From the NCBI GenBank assembly GCA_964361885.1, contig CAYICL010000001.1:1-59323 (forward strand): a DNA stretch of 59,323 nucleotides. The letters are read 5' to 3'. Each line of letters begins with the position of its first letter. The first letter of the stretch is position 1. This stretch comes from an uncultured Pseudomonadales bacterium. Lineage in GTDB: Bacteria > Patescibacteriota > Microgenomatia > UBA1400 > CG1-02-47-37. Below, one piece after another: positions 27,352 through 36,467 of the stretch. Under the pieces are notes generated by a model that had not been told where the DNA came from, made no database searches, and saw only the letters and a list, made by a program, of their open reading frames with translations. The translations under genes and the position numbers were made by a program.

Positions 27352-27705
27352 ATGCCAAACTGTGAAAAGTGTTTTCTACCGATAAAATGCATACCCCCTA
27401 CAAAAAACTTCAACACCTGTTTTAAAAGAGTAAGCAAGGCAATAGAGCCAAAGATGCCAATGCATGTTCTAAAAGCGTTAATAAATGATAAGTTTAAGGT
27501 TCCAGCACAAAAAATTATTGATGTTGTCCCTAAGCAGGAAGTAGAAGCAGGAGAAAAATTTGCTTCCATATCACTATTATTAGCTGAAGGGATTATTTCC
27601 CCTTACGTAATTAAGGAATTAATACCTTTAGTAGATACTGATAATTTTATAGCAGCTTACTTGGTTGTTTTTAAAAACGGAAGAGAAATGACTTTTAAAC
27701 CTTAA
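27352..27705 (+). CDS. hypothetical protein; start codon uncertain
   Basis: 117-aa ORF with a Cys-rich N-terminus (CEKC..C..C). A TTGATT-16-TAATAT promoter (27326-27353) overlaps the first ATG, so a downstream Met (27454 or 27460) may be the real start. Confidence 0.35.
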   Translation: MPNCEKCFLPIKCIPPTKNFNTCFKRVSKAIEPKMPMHVLKALINDKFKVPAQKIIDVVPKQEVEAGEKFASISLLLAEGIISPYVIKELIPLVDTDNFIAAYLVVFKNGREMTFKP

Positions 27706-29380
27706 TCTGTATGTCTTTTATTTTTAACTGCAGGGATTGGTTACCGTTGAAAAAATTTTTTTCCAGAGTATAGGCAATGTCGATAAGCTGACCGGAAGTC
27801 AGCTGATCAGCTAAATGACCAAAGTTAAAAGCAATCGCATCAACCTTCAAGGTCTCTCCCTGTAGGTTGAGTTTGAGGTGTTTTTGGTCCTGGCCGACGG
27901 AACGGAAACTTAATAACTTGACTCCCCTGGTGCAAAAAACCGGCTGGGGGTTGGCAAAGCCAAAAGGTTTAAGTTGGTCCAATTGGTTAAAAAGTTCCCA
28001 GGTAATATCGGATAAGTTAAGCTGGCAGTCAATGGCTAAAGTAGGAGTTAAGGCTTTTTTGGCTAAGGCTTTAGCGGCCAGAGTTTTCAACCTGGTTTGG
28101 ATAGCCGGCAAATTTTTGGTTTCGCTGGTAAAACCGGCAGCCAGTTCATGACCGCCATGTTCCAAAAGCAGGTTTTGTAAACTTCTAATAGCCTTGATAG
28201 CATTAAAGCCTTTGATAGAGCGGACAGAAGCTTTGGCATAATTTTTAGTTAAAGCCACCATAAAGACGGGCCGGTTAAATTCTTCAACCAATCTACCGGC
28301 AACCAAGCCGACAACACCTTCATGAAAAGAGGCATCGGCTAAAAAAATGAGTGGCTGATCTTTGGGTTGGGTTAAGACCATGTTTTTGGCCTTAATAAAC
28401 ATTTCTATGGTAATATCCTGGCGGAGCTGATTAGTTTGGGAAAGATTAGCGGCCAGGCGATGAGCCCGATGTTGATCAGTGGTACAAAGCAAGCGCAAAG
28501 CATCCAGGGCGTGTTCAAGCCTGCCCATGGCGTTTAACCGGGGAGCTAAAACATAACTAACTTGAAAAGCCTCTAAGCTGTCCAGATCAAGACCGGCGGT
28601 TTTGGCTAAGGCAATCAGCCCCGGCCTGGGGGTACGCTTAAGTTTTTCTAAACCAAACTTGGTTAAAGACCGGTTGGCGTTTAACAGCGGCACCATGTCG
28701 GCGATAGTGCCTAAGGCCACCAAGTCTAAAGTAGAACTGGTTTTTAGAACGGCTTGAGCCAAAAACCAGGAGACACCGACACCGGCCAGCTCAAGGGTGT
28801 GAACAATAACCAGGGCTTTGGGGTAAATGGGTTGGTGATTTTTTGTTTTAGGCTGATGATGGTCGGAAATAATCACATCAATGCCGAGTTTGGCAGCATA
28901 AAGGCAACCCTTAAAGGCTGAGATGCCGTTGTCAACAGTAATGATAAGGCTAGGTTTTTGGCCGGCGGCTTTAATAATGAGGTTAATGCCCTGAGGAGAC
29001 AGACCGCGGACAGGTTCGTCACGGGCAGGGATAAAGGGCAAAACCTTGGCTTTGGCCAAGTTTAAGGCTTCCCATAAAACGGCGGTGGCAGTGATGCCGT
29101 CAGTATCATAATCGCCGTAGATGTAGATCAGCTCTTGATCTTTGATCGCCTTTTTTATCCGCCCAGCGGCAGTTTTCAGAGCTGGCAAGTTGAGACCGAC
29201 TGATTGAGGTTTGATGGTTTGAGGTGGTGGCGGAGATAAGAAGAGGCGCCGAAGCTTAGGAGTAGTTAAGTTTCTGTTGGTTAAAAGAGCTTGGATAATT
29301 TGGTGTTGGCGGGATTGGCCGGCGGCAGCAGTAATTTGAGCTTTAACTTTCCAATGAGAGGCCATAACGGCTATAATCAT
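27695..29380 (-). CDS. recJ: single-stranded-DNA-specific exonuclease RecJ
   Basis: DHH family motifs IYGDYDTDGITA, TVDNG and ISDHH, plus DHHA1 GGHELAAG. Confidence 0.9.
   Translation of the reverse strand: MIIAVMASHWKVKAQITAAAGQSRQHQIIQALLTNRNLTTPKLRRLFLSPPPPQTIKPQSVGLNLPALKTAAGRIKKAIKDQELIYIYGDYDTDGITATAVLWEALNLAKAKVLPFIPARDEPVRGLSPQGINLIIKAAGQKPSLIITVDNGISAFKGCLYAAKLGIDVIISDHHQPKTKNHQPIYPKALVIVHTLELAGVGVSWFLAQAVLKTSSTLDLVALGTIADMVPLLNANRSLTKFGLEKLKRTPRPGLIALAKTAGLDLDSLEAFQVSYVLAPRLNAMGRLEHALDALRLLCTTDQHRAHRLAANLSQTNQLRQDITIEMFIKAKNMVLTQPKDQPLIFLADASFHEGVVGLVAGRLVEEFNRPVFMVALTKNYAKASVRSIKGFNAIKAIRSLQNLLLEHGGHELAAGFTSETKNLPAIQTRLKTLAAKALAKKALTPTLAIDCQLNLSDITWELFNQLDQLKPFGFANPQPVFCTRGVKLLSFRSVGQDQKHLKLNLQGETLKVDAIAFNFGHLADQLTSGQLIDIAYTLEKNFFNGNQSLQLKIKDIQIKV
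29373..29378 (+). promoter_or_regulatory. -10 TATAAT, 7 nt from cca ATG (leaderless layout)
   Basis: The sequence reads GGCTATAAT-CATAACAT-ATG. It lies inside the first codons of divergent recJ. Confidence 0.35.
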
Positions 29381-29385
29381 AACAT

Positions 29386-30768
29386 ATGAAGGTGAAGTTG
29401 CCGGTTTTGGTGGTTAAAGTACTGGAGACATTGGAAGCGGCCGGATTTGAAGCTTATGTAGTTGGCGGAGCAGTGAGAGATTTATTGACAAAAACCAAAG
29501 TGGTGGACTGGGATTTTACCACTAATGCCAAACCGGAAGAAATTTTAAAGCTGTTTAAAGAAGCGTTTTACGACAACCGGTTTGGGACAGTGGGAGTGGC
29601 GGAAAAACATTTGGAAGAACAGTTGAAAGCCAAGGGCACATCCGGAGATGTTTATGAAATTACTACTTATAGAACCGAGTCCGAATATACGGATAACAGA
29701 CGGCCGGATAAGGTCTGCTGGGGGAAGAGTTTACTTTGTGATTTGAAGCGGCGGGATTTTACCATTAATGCCATGGCCCTTCGACAAACAAGGGGCAAAC
29801 TGGAAATGGTTGATCCGTTTAAAGGAGAACAGGATTTAAAAGACAAGTTGATCCGAGCCGTGGGTGATAGCAATAAACGCTTTGAAGAAGACGGCTTAAG
29901 AATGATGCGGGCGATCAGAATTGCGGCCCAGTTGGGTTTTACGATTGAAGACAAGACTTTAAAGGCCATCAGCAAAAATGCCAAGTTGATTAAAAATATT
30001 TCCAAAGAAAGGGTCAGAGACGAACTGTTAAAAATCATCGGCTCCAGCTACCCCAAAGACGGAGTGTTGATGCTTTACTCCGGCGGTTTGCTTAAGTTTA
30101 TCCTGCCGGAACTGATAGAAACCCGCGGGGTAAATCAGGCCGGCCATCATACCAAGGATGTCTGGAATCACAGTTTGGATGCTTTGGCAGCCTGTCAGTC
30201 ACCAGATCCGATTATCAGGCTGGCAACTTTACTTCACGATGTCGCCAAACCCAGAGTAAATAAAGACTTAGGGCCGGGCAAAGAAATTACCTTTTACAAT
30301 CATGAGGTGATGGGAGCCAGAATGGTTAAAGAAATCGCCAGACGGCTAAAGATGGCCAATAAGGATGTGGACATGTTATGGTTATTGGTCCGCTGGCATA
30401 TGTTTAGTTATGACCCGAAAATGACGGATAAAGCAGTCAGGCGGTTTATGCGGCGGGTGGGGAAAGAAAACATCGATAAAATGATGATACTAAGGATCGG
30501 GGACCGGATCGGCGGGGGCAGTAAGGCAACTTCATGGCGTTTAAGGGAACTACAGGAAAGAATCAATCAACTAATGTATGCACCCTTTCAAGTCAGCGAT
30601 TTAAAGGTTAATGGCCATGACGTGATGAAAATATTAAATATTAAAAGCGGACCAAAGGTGGGCAAGGTATTAAATCAGCTGTTTGACGAGGTTATGGAAG
30701 ACGCTAAGAAAAACGACCGGGAGTATTTATTAAAACAGATCCGCCTCTATCACACCTCTAAGGTGTGA
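29386..30768 (+). CDS. cca: CCA-adding tRNA nucleotidyltransferase with HD domain
   Basis: Motifs VVGGAVRDLL..DWDF, RRDFTINA and HD (LLHDVAKP, NHEVMG). The last 6-7 codons and the stop lie inside REP copy 1. Confidence 0.85.
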   Translation: MKVKLPVLVVKVLETLEAAGFEAYVVGGAVRDLLTKTKVVDWDFTTNAKPEEILKLFKEAFYDNRFGTVGVAEKHLEEQLKAKGTSGDVYEITTYRTESEYTDNRRPDKVCWGKSLLCDLKRRDFTINAMALRQTRGKLEMVDPFKGEQDLKDKLIRAVGDSNKRFEEDGLRMMRAIRIAAQLGFTIEDKTLKAISKNAKLIKNISKERVRDELLKIIGSSYPKDGVLMLYSGGLLKFILPELIETRGVNQAGHHTKDVWNHSLDALAACQSPDPIIRLATLLHDVAKPRVNKDLGPGKEITFYNHEVMGARMVKEIARRLKMANKDVDMLWLLVRWHMFSYDPKMTDKAVRRFMRRVGKENIDKMMILRIGDRIGGGSKATSWRLRELQERINQLMYAPFQVSDLKVNGHDVMKILNIKSGPKVGKVLNQLFDEVMEDAKKNDREYLLKQIRLYHTSKV

Positions 30769-30769
30769 T
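30749..30769 (+). repeat. REP-like hairpin copy 1 (ATCACACC-TCTAA-GGTGTGAT)
   Basis: Perfect 8-bp stem with a 5-nt loop and 5' flank CTCT. It sits where cca and the RAYT gene converge and overlap. Confidence 0.85.
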
Positions 30770-31430
30770 GTTTGATAATATCTAGTTCTCTTTGAGAGTC
30801 TGCTTGACTGAAAATAAAATCTTCATATGAATCAGCAGTTTTAAAATAACTTAAAATTAAATCCCGGCGGCAATAATTTTTTTGGTCTAATTCTAAATAT
30901 TCCGGTAAAGATGAATAAGGATATTCTTTCAATCCTTTTAATGATTTGACGATGTCGGAACTATAAGGATTAAGATGGATATATCTTGATAAATGAAGTA
31001 ATTGTTCGTCGTTGTCAACGTGAACTGATTTGAATTTACCTTGCAATAGCGGCCCAATTCTATTGTTTTTAACATTAAAATATCGAGTGTAACTGTTGGA
31101 AAATTTACTCAGATAGTTGGATATGCCATTATCAATCAATTGTTTTAACAACAAATGAAAATGATTGGGCATTAAGCAATAAGCAAAAATTTCCACTAAT
31201 AAATGATCTTTTTGGTCATTTAACTTTTTTAGAATTTCCAGCCTGATTGACTGCTGTAATCTTATAAAATAGGAATAACGCAAAAGCGATTTCTTGTTTT
31301 GGTAATACAAAATTGTTTCCAGCGCTCTTTGATAATCCCGTTGATTTAAAAAGATTGACTGTGAAGCAATGCCACGATTAACAATATGATAAATTTCTCC
31401 CGTGATTAAAGGCGTTTCTCTTCCCGGCAT
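30750..31430 (-). mobile_element. Y1 HUH transposase, REP-associated tyrosine transposase (RAYT) / IS200-like TnpA
   Basis: 226 aa with GEIYHIVNRG, the HUH motif MPNHFHLLL, GPLLQGKFKS, and the catalytic Tyr context SRYIHLNPY. Confidence 0.85.
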
Positions 31431-31443
31431 GCTTATTTAGTCT

Positions 31444-31481
31444 ATCACACCTTAGAGGTGTGATGTTTTAGGAGTGTGATG
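31444..31481 (+). repeat. REP-like hairpin copy 2 plus extra half-site
   Basis: ATCACACC-TTAGA-GGTGTGAT at 31444-31464. The loop is the reverse complement of copy 1, and the 5' flank is TCT. An extra GGAGTGTGATG sits at 31471-31481. The hairpin lies 13 nt upstream of the RAYT ATG and overlaps the secF stop. Confidence 0.85.
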
Positions 31482-32354
31482 TTTAACTTTGAGCTCTTCC
31501 CAGAGAACCAACAAAGGAGCGGCGGTGAAAGTGGAAGAGTAGGTGCCGGAGATGGTACCGATGAGTAAAGCCAGAACAAACCATTTGGTGGTTTCGCCGC
31601 CCAAAAGGTAAAGACAAAGCAACATAAAAATAATGGTTAAGGAGTTGTTGACCGAGCGGCCGAGAGTTTCGGTGACGGCTTTGTTGACCAAACCGGTAAA
31701 GCTTAACTTGGGGTAAAGGCGGATGGACTCACGGATGCGGTCGTAAACGACGATAGTATCGTGAACGGAAAAAGACAGGATGGTGAGCATGGCGGTGACA
31801 AATAAAGCATCGATTTCCACGCCTTGGTAAACCCCTAAAAAGCTGAAAGCTCCCAGCAAGATAAAGCTGTCGTGAAGCATGGCTAAAATCGCACAGATGC
31901 CGTATTTTTTATCTTTAAAGCGGATGGCCACATAAAAAAGGATAAAACCAGAGGCCAATAAGATGCCGACAATAGTTTTTCTGATCAGCTCTTTACCTAA
32001 GGTCGGACCGATAGTTTCAAAGCGTTTTTCTTGGGTCTCCCCGATTTTGGCAGTGATTTCGGTTTGCAGTTTTTGATTGGTAGGTTGATCAAATTGTTGG
32101 CTTCTGATAATAAAAGTGCGGGAATCAACCTGCTGAAGGCTACTAAAAGGAATTATCGGTTCGGTGATGGGTTTAAGACTGTCAGTAGTTAAGATTTGGT
32201 TAGCTTGAGGATTAATGGAGAGTTCCAGCAAGGTACCGCCGGTAAAATCAAGGGCAGGCTTAAGGCCAAAACGGATTAAAAAGTAGGCGCCGGGGATAAT
32301 AAACAAGAGAGAGAAGGCAAAGTAAAGATATTTGTATTTCATGAAATTGATCAT
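31452..32354 (-). CDS. secF: protein translocase subunit SecF
   Basis: 300 aa with 6 TM segments. Blocks LDFTGGT and VHDTIVVYDRIRE are present. Confidence 0.9.
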   Translation of the reverse strand: MINFMKYKYLYFAFSLLFIIPGAYFLIRFGLKPALDFTGGTLLELSINPQANQILTTDSLKPITEPIIPFSSLQQVDSRTFIIRSQQFDQPTNQKLQTEITAKIGETQEKRFETIGPTLGKELIRKTIVGILLASGFILFYVAIRFKDKKYGICAILAMLHDSFILLGAFSFLGVYQGVEIDALFVTAMLTILSFSVHDTIVVYDRIRESIRLYPKLSFTGLVNKAVTETLGRSVNNSLTIIFMLLCLYLLGGETTKWFVLALLIGTISGTYSSTFTAAPLLVLWEELKVKHHTPKTSHL

Positions 32355-33682
32355 ATTAAGCTTCTCCCTCTTCTATAAAACAGGCGCATCAGGCTGCGGG
32401 TGACGACAATGCCGGTGAAAAGACTGATGAGGACACCAATCAGCAAAGTCAAGGCAAAACCCCGGACCAAACCGGAAGTGTTTAAGAACTGCCAGCTTAA
32501 AGGGTTTAACAGAATCAAGCTGGTGATGATGGTAGTGACATTGGCGTCTTTGATCGAGTCCCAAGCCCGGCCAAAACCCAGTTCCATGGCAATCGGAAAA
32601 GGCCGGTTGGCACGAAGTTCTTCTTTCATCCGTTCAAAAATCAAGATATTGGCATCAACCGCCATGCCGACCGAAAGAATAAAGCCGGCAATTCCGGGTA
32701 AAGTCAGGGTAATGGGAATCAGTTTGTAGATGGATAAAGTAATCAGACCATAAAGGAGTAAGGCCATATCAGCGATCAAACCGTTAAAGCCGTAATACAA
32801 AAACATAAACAGCATGACCAGGCTTAAACCCAGCAGGCCGGCGGTTAAACTTTTTTTAACCGAGTCTGAACCCAGAGTCGCAGAGATGTTTTTTTGCTCA
32901 ACAATTTTGATCGGCACCGGCAAAGCGCCGGCATTTAATTGAATCGTCAACTGGGAGGCAGATTCAGGGGTGAAATTGCCGGAAATAACTGCCCGGCCGC
33001 TTAAAATGGCTTCGTTAACCACCGGAGCAGTGACCAGTTGTTGATCTAAAAAGATGGCTAAAGGCAGATGTAAGTTTTTTTGGGTAATGGCAGCAAACTT
33101 CTGGCCACCCTCATTGGTAAATTCCAAATCAACTACCGGCTGGCCGCTGGTTTGTGATTGACCAAAGCTGACGGTAGCTTTTTTTAAATCCTTGCCTGTT
33201 AAGCCGGTAGGCACAAAGTTAAAGATTTTGGCAACCGCCGAAGGGGAGGCAAATTCGGCCGGGTCAGGGTTTTTTTCCGGAGTTTCCCGGAAATCAAGCT
33301 GGGCGGTTTGGCCAATTAAGTTGATCGCCTGGTTAATATCCTGAATGCCGGGCAGTTCGACAATGATCCGGTAAGCATCTTTAAGGGTGGAGGTTTGGAT
33401 TACCGGCTCGGAAACGCCGTAAAGATCAACCCGGCGGGAAATAATCTGCTTGGAAGATTCCAAAGCGTCGGAGCGGTCAGCCGGGTCGATATTTAGCATA
33501 TCGGCTTCCAAAACCAGGTGGGTGCCGCCCTGAAGATCCAGGCCTTTTTTAAGGGTTAAGTCCCGGGAAAAAGCATATGGGCCAAGTTTAAAATGAAGGC
33601 CGGATTGTTGGGGTAAGTTAAGGTAAACTGAGGCAAAAAGAATGGCAAAAATTAACCATAAGCGTTTGGATAAAGATGACAT
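32351..33682 (-). CDS. secD: protein translocase subunit SecD
   Basis: The ATG at 33682 (MSSLSKRLWLIF..) avoids overlap with the upstream AbrB-like gene. Blocks GLDLQGGTH, VDANILIFERMKEE and an ATGA overlap with secF are present. Confidence 0.88.
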   Translation of the reverse strand: MSSLSKRLWLIFAILFASVYLNLPQQSGLHFKLGPYAFSRDLTLKKGLDLQGGTHLVLEADMLNIDPADRSDALESSKQIISRRVDLYGVSEPVIQTSTLKDAYRIIVELPGIQDINQAINLIGQTAQLDFRETPEKNPDPAEFASPSAVAKIFNFVPTGLTGKDLKKATVSFGQSQTSGQPVVDLEFTNEGGQKFAAITQKNLHLPLAIFLDQQLVTAPVVNEAILSGRAVISGNFTPESASQLTIQLNAGALPVPIKIVEQKNISATLGSDSVKKSLTAGLLGLSLVMLFMFLYYGFNGLIADMALLLYGLITLSIYKLIPITLTLPGIAGFILSVGMAVDANILIFERMKEELRANRPFPIAMELGFGRAWDSIKDANVTTIITSLILLNPLSWQFLNTSGLVRGFALTLLIGVLISLFTGIVVTRSLMRLFYRRGRSLI

Positions 33683-33689
33683 AGGTGGT

Positions 33690-33884
33690 TTACGATTCCG
33701 GTTTCTCAAGGGAGTTGCTAAGAGAAAGCTGCTTGGCGCCTTTAAAGGTATAGATGACTTGACCCGAATCCAGCCGGGTTTGAACTTTAACTTCATCCCC
33801 GACCCGGACACCAACGGCTTTGACAAACTTGGCGGGGACAGTGACGCCGATACTGTTGCCGACTTTCATGATTTTTTGTGCCAT
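33690..33884 (-). CDS. AbrB/MazE/SpoVT-family DNA-binding protein
   Basis: 64 aa. MAQKIMKVGNSIGVTVPAKFVK..GDEVKV is the swapped-hairpin barrel signature. Confidence 0.7.
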   Translation of the reverse strand: MAQKIMKVGNSIGVTVPAKFVKAVGVRVGDEVKVQTRLDSGQVIYTFKGAKQLSLSNSLEKPES

Positions 33885-33894
33885 AAATTTGTGG

Positions 33895-34479
33895 TTAGCT
33901 GACCATTTCTTCTTCATCACCCAAAAGCATGATCCGGCCGGCCATTAAGATACTTAATAAAAACGGGTCACGGCGGGCTTTTCTGAACTCAAATTCTTCA
34001 ATGGTCATGGGAGCATAGTTAATTTCTTTTTCTTGTTCAGCCTCGGCTTTTCTGATCAGCAAGTTTAGTTCCTTTAAATTAATGCTGCCGACCAATAACA
34101 GGTCGATGTCTTCTTCGGATTTTCTGGGCATCCGACGGGCATAACGGCCGGATAATAAAACAAACTTAAGATTGCCGAGTTTGTTTTTGTTCTTAATCAC
34201 TTCGGCGCCTAAACCAACGGTTTTAGCGGTTAAACTGATCAAATCCTGGTAAAAAGCGTAGGTTTTGTTGAAAAAATAATAGAGCCGGTTACCCCGGGCT
34301 TCTTTTTTAACCAAACCCCGGGTCTCCATCCGGCTTAATTCTCTTCTGACGGCGTTAATTTCCTCATCGGTGAGGCGGACCAATTGACGGACATAAAAAA
34401 TTTCCGAAGGCTGACTCAAAAAAACCTGAATTAACTTAACCCTAACTTTAGAGACAAACAGATCTTGCAAGCTGGCCAT
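33895..34479 (-). CDS. winged-helix regulator fused to a minimal nucleotidyltransferase (MNT)-like domain
   Basis: The N-terminus has wHTH (YVRQLVRLTDEEINAVRRELSRMETRGLV). The C-terminal LLSGRYARR..SEEDIDLLLVG resembles GSxARG..SDIDLLV of MNT. A strong SD AAAGGAGG lies upstream. Confidence 0.55.
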   Translation of the reverse strand: MASLQDLFVSKVRVKLIQVFLSQPSEIFYVRQLVRLTDEEINAVRRELSRMETRGLVKKEARGNRLYYFFNKTYAFYQDLISLTAKTVGLGAEVIKNKNKLGNLKFVLLSGRYARRMPRKSEEDIDLLLVGSINLKELNLLIRKAEAEQEKEINYAPMTIEEFEFRKARRDPFLLSILMAGRIMLLGDEEEMVS

Positions 34480-34519
34480 AGGCCTCCTTTAAGGCAGTTA
34501 AGGCAGTTAACTTAAATGT

Positions 34520-35716
34520 TTAGTAGGTTACCTTAGTGTTGACAGGCAAGACAGAAATCCAAATCCGGCCAGGGTTAAACTGGATCTCTTTCCCTTGACC
34601 GTCAGAGAAAATGGTGCGGGATAAACGCTTAGGCTTAGACCAAGTACCTTTAATGGCTTGACCATCTTTAAAGATTAAAGCCTGGCCTTTGCCGGTAGTG
34701 CCGTACAAGATATGGAGATTGCCGGGATAGCCGTCATTGGCCCGTTTTTCAACCGCAAACTGAATCACCAGGTTCTTAGCGGTTAACTGTTGATCAACGT
34801 TTAAGTCTTTATGGGGCTGACTGTTATTAAGGCGCTGATAAAGATTTTGATCTTTATTATACTGCCAGCTGACTGCATAGGCGGCATCTTCCCAGAAATT
34901 ATAGTTGATGCTGGCAGTGGTACCCCGATCGGCTAAACCGGCCTCGCCTTTGGCAAACTTCCAGGGAGTAAAACCTTTGGACCAGTCGACTTGATCCGGA
35001 TCGAGATTGGTATAACGGCGGTTGGCGCCGACAGCCCAGAGTTTTTGGGTGGTGGAATACATCGTATGCTCGGTGGCCACGGTCCGACCTAAGCGCTCGT
35101 AATCCCGCCAAAAAGTGGGATAACCAATGGAAAATTGATTCAAGTCATTAGCGGCCGACCAGCCATAATCAACAATTTGACCCAAAGCATTAGCCGGACC
35201 GGGGGTGTTGGCACCGCCAACATGGGTATATAAGGGGAAGTTGTATTCCGAAGCCCAATCCAAAAAGTAAGTCCGGGCGCTTCTGACCGGTCCAATAATC
35301 GATTCATAGGCGGCGGCCTGACAATAGAAAAGAGCCATTAAACGGGTAATACCGCCTTCGGCCACAGCTTCATAAATCAAATCGGAGTCGGACAAACCAG
35401 ATTGAGGCCGGGATTCTTCATGGTTTTCGATCATGACCGCCAAAGGCCGGTGTGACTCCCAGATAGTTTTTTCAATCTTGGTATATTTAGCCCCATTTAA
35501 AGGACAGCTTTCGGTTTGGGCGCCGGAGACATCAGTAACGGCTTTCCGGTTAAGGTTAGCTTTGGCGCCATCGCCTGATTGGCTTTCCGGTAAAGGCGAG
35601 GTGAAGATGGTGCCTTGACTGGAGTAAGTGAAGGCGGCATAAGACAAACCGGTGGAAATCAGATAGATACCTAAACTTAATAAAATGAGAAAAATGGTTT
35701 TCTTTTTATCCGTCAT
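34520..35716 (-). CDS. DUF3048-family secreted/lipoprotein (YerB-like)
   Basis: N-terminal TM/signal followed by RPLAVMIENHEESRPQSGLSDSDLIYEAVAEGGITRLMALF, a typical DUF3048 block. Confidence 0.7.
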   Translation of the reverse strand: MTDKKKTIFLILLSLGIYLISTGLSYAAFTYSSQGTIFTSPLPESQSGDGAKANLNRKAVTDVSGAQTESCPLNGAKYTKIEKTIWESHRPLAVMIENHEESRPQSGLSDSDLIYEAVAEGGITRLMALFYCQAAAYESIIGPVRSARTYFLDWASEYNFPLYTHVGGANTPGPANALGQIVDYGWSAANDLNQFSIGYPTFWRDYERLGRTVATEHTMYSTTQKLWAVGANRRYTNLDPDQVDWSKGFTPWKFAKGEAGLADRGTTASINYNFWEDAAYAVSWQYNKDQNLYQRLNNSQPHKDLNVDQQLTAKNLVIQFAVEKRANDGYPGNLHILYGTTGKGQALIFKDGQAIKGTWSKPKRLSRTIFSDGQGKEIQFNPGRIWISVLPVNTKVTY

Positions 35717-35734
35717 ATAGATTTCCTTTATTTT

Positions 35735-36196
35735 TTATCTGGCATTTTTAATGGCTTTAAGTTCTTCCTGAGACAGTTCGTAGCCCTCAGGCTTGCCGTT
35801 GGTAATGGTTTTGGCGTAAAACCTGGTAGTATCACGCGAATGTAATGAGCTTAGCACAAAACCGGTGTCTTTTTCATCCAACAAGCTTAAACAAAAGCTT
35901 TGGTCGCCGCCGGTTTGAGGAAAGGGATTAAAACGGACGAAGCCGACTTTTTGAATAAAAGTTTTACTTTTAAGCTGCAGTTGATTTAAAGCCGAGGTTA
36001 AATCTTTAATTTGCTTTTGATTGCCATCTGTCCGGTTAAGAATGTCGGTTAAAACGGTTTTTAAATCTTTTTTGGTGATGTTTTTGGTCAGTTTACGATA
36101 ATGAATTATGGTTTGAACCAGCAAAACAGTCAGGGAGATTACCCAGATTAAAACAAACAATAAAAGCCCTTCAAGCAGTTGTAAATTGAGTACCAT
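35735..36196 (-). CDS. DUF4446-family membrane protein
   Basis: The ATG at 36196 gives an N-terminal TM (the tracked start at 36235 is TTG). The block FVRFNPFPQTGGDQSFCLSLLD..GFVLSSLHSR is present. Confidence 0.65.
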   Translation of the reverse strand: MVLNLQLLEGLLLFVLIWVISLTVLLVQTIIHYRKLTKNITKKDLKTVLTDILNRTDGNQKQIKDLTSALNQLQLKSKTFIQKVGFVRFNPFPQTGGDQSFCLSLLDEKDTGFVLSSLHSRDTTRFYAKTITNGKPEGYELSQEELKAIKNAR

Positions 36197-36228
36197 CTGT
36201 ATTCTGATTTTGAGGTATTTGAAGTAAT

Positions 36229-36256
36229 TTGTCAATCAAGGCTTTTGTAATATAAT
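36229..36256 (+). promoter_or_regulatory. promoter TTGTCA-16-TATAAT
   Basis: TTGTCA at 36229-36234 and TATAAT at 36251-36256, with 7 nt to the ATG at 36264 and no SD. Confidence 0.45.
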
Positions 36257-36263
36257 AATCTAT

Positions 36264-36467
36264 ATGGCTAAAAAAAGAACCAGGCGGCAAAAAATAAAAG
36301 CCAAGCTAAAAAGACAGCAGCAACAGGTAGAATATAAGTTTTTTAGTCCAAAAATTGAAATTGAGCCGGGGGATAAAAAATTAATTATTAAAGATTTAAT
36401 CAAGACGGTGATAGTGGCTGGAGTGTTGGTGGTGTTACTGATTTTAGCTTATTGGAGATTTAGATAA
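36264..36467 (+). CDS. small basic membrane protein, hypothetical
   Basis: 67 aa with an Arg/Lys-rich N-terminus and a C-terminal TM. Confidence 0.5.
   Translation: MAKKRTRRQKIKAKLKRQQQQVEYKFFSPKIEIEPGDKKLIIKDLIKTVIVAGVLVVLLILAYWRFR

Noticed and set aside
27183-27569. 128-aa minus-strand ORF spanning the aspS start and the aspS-recJ gap
   Set aside because: It overlaps the aspS N-terminus out of frame and the plus-strand ORF 27352..27705. It has no motifs or start signals.
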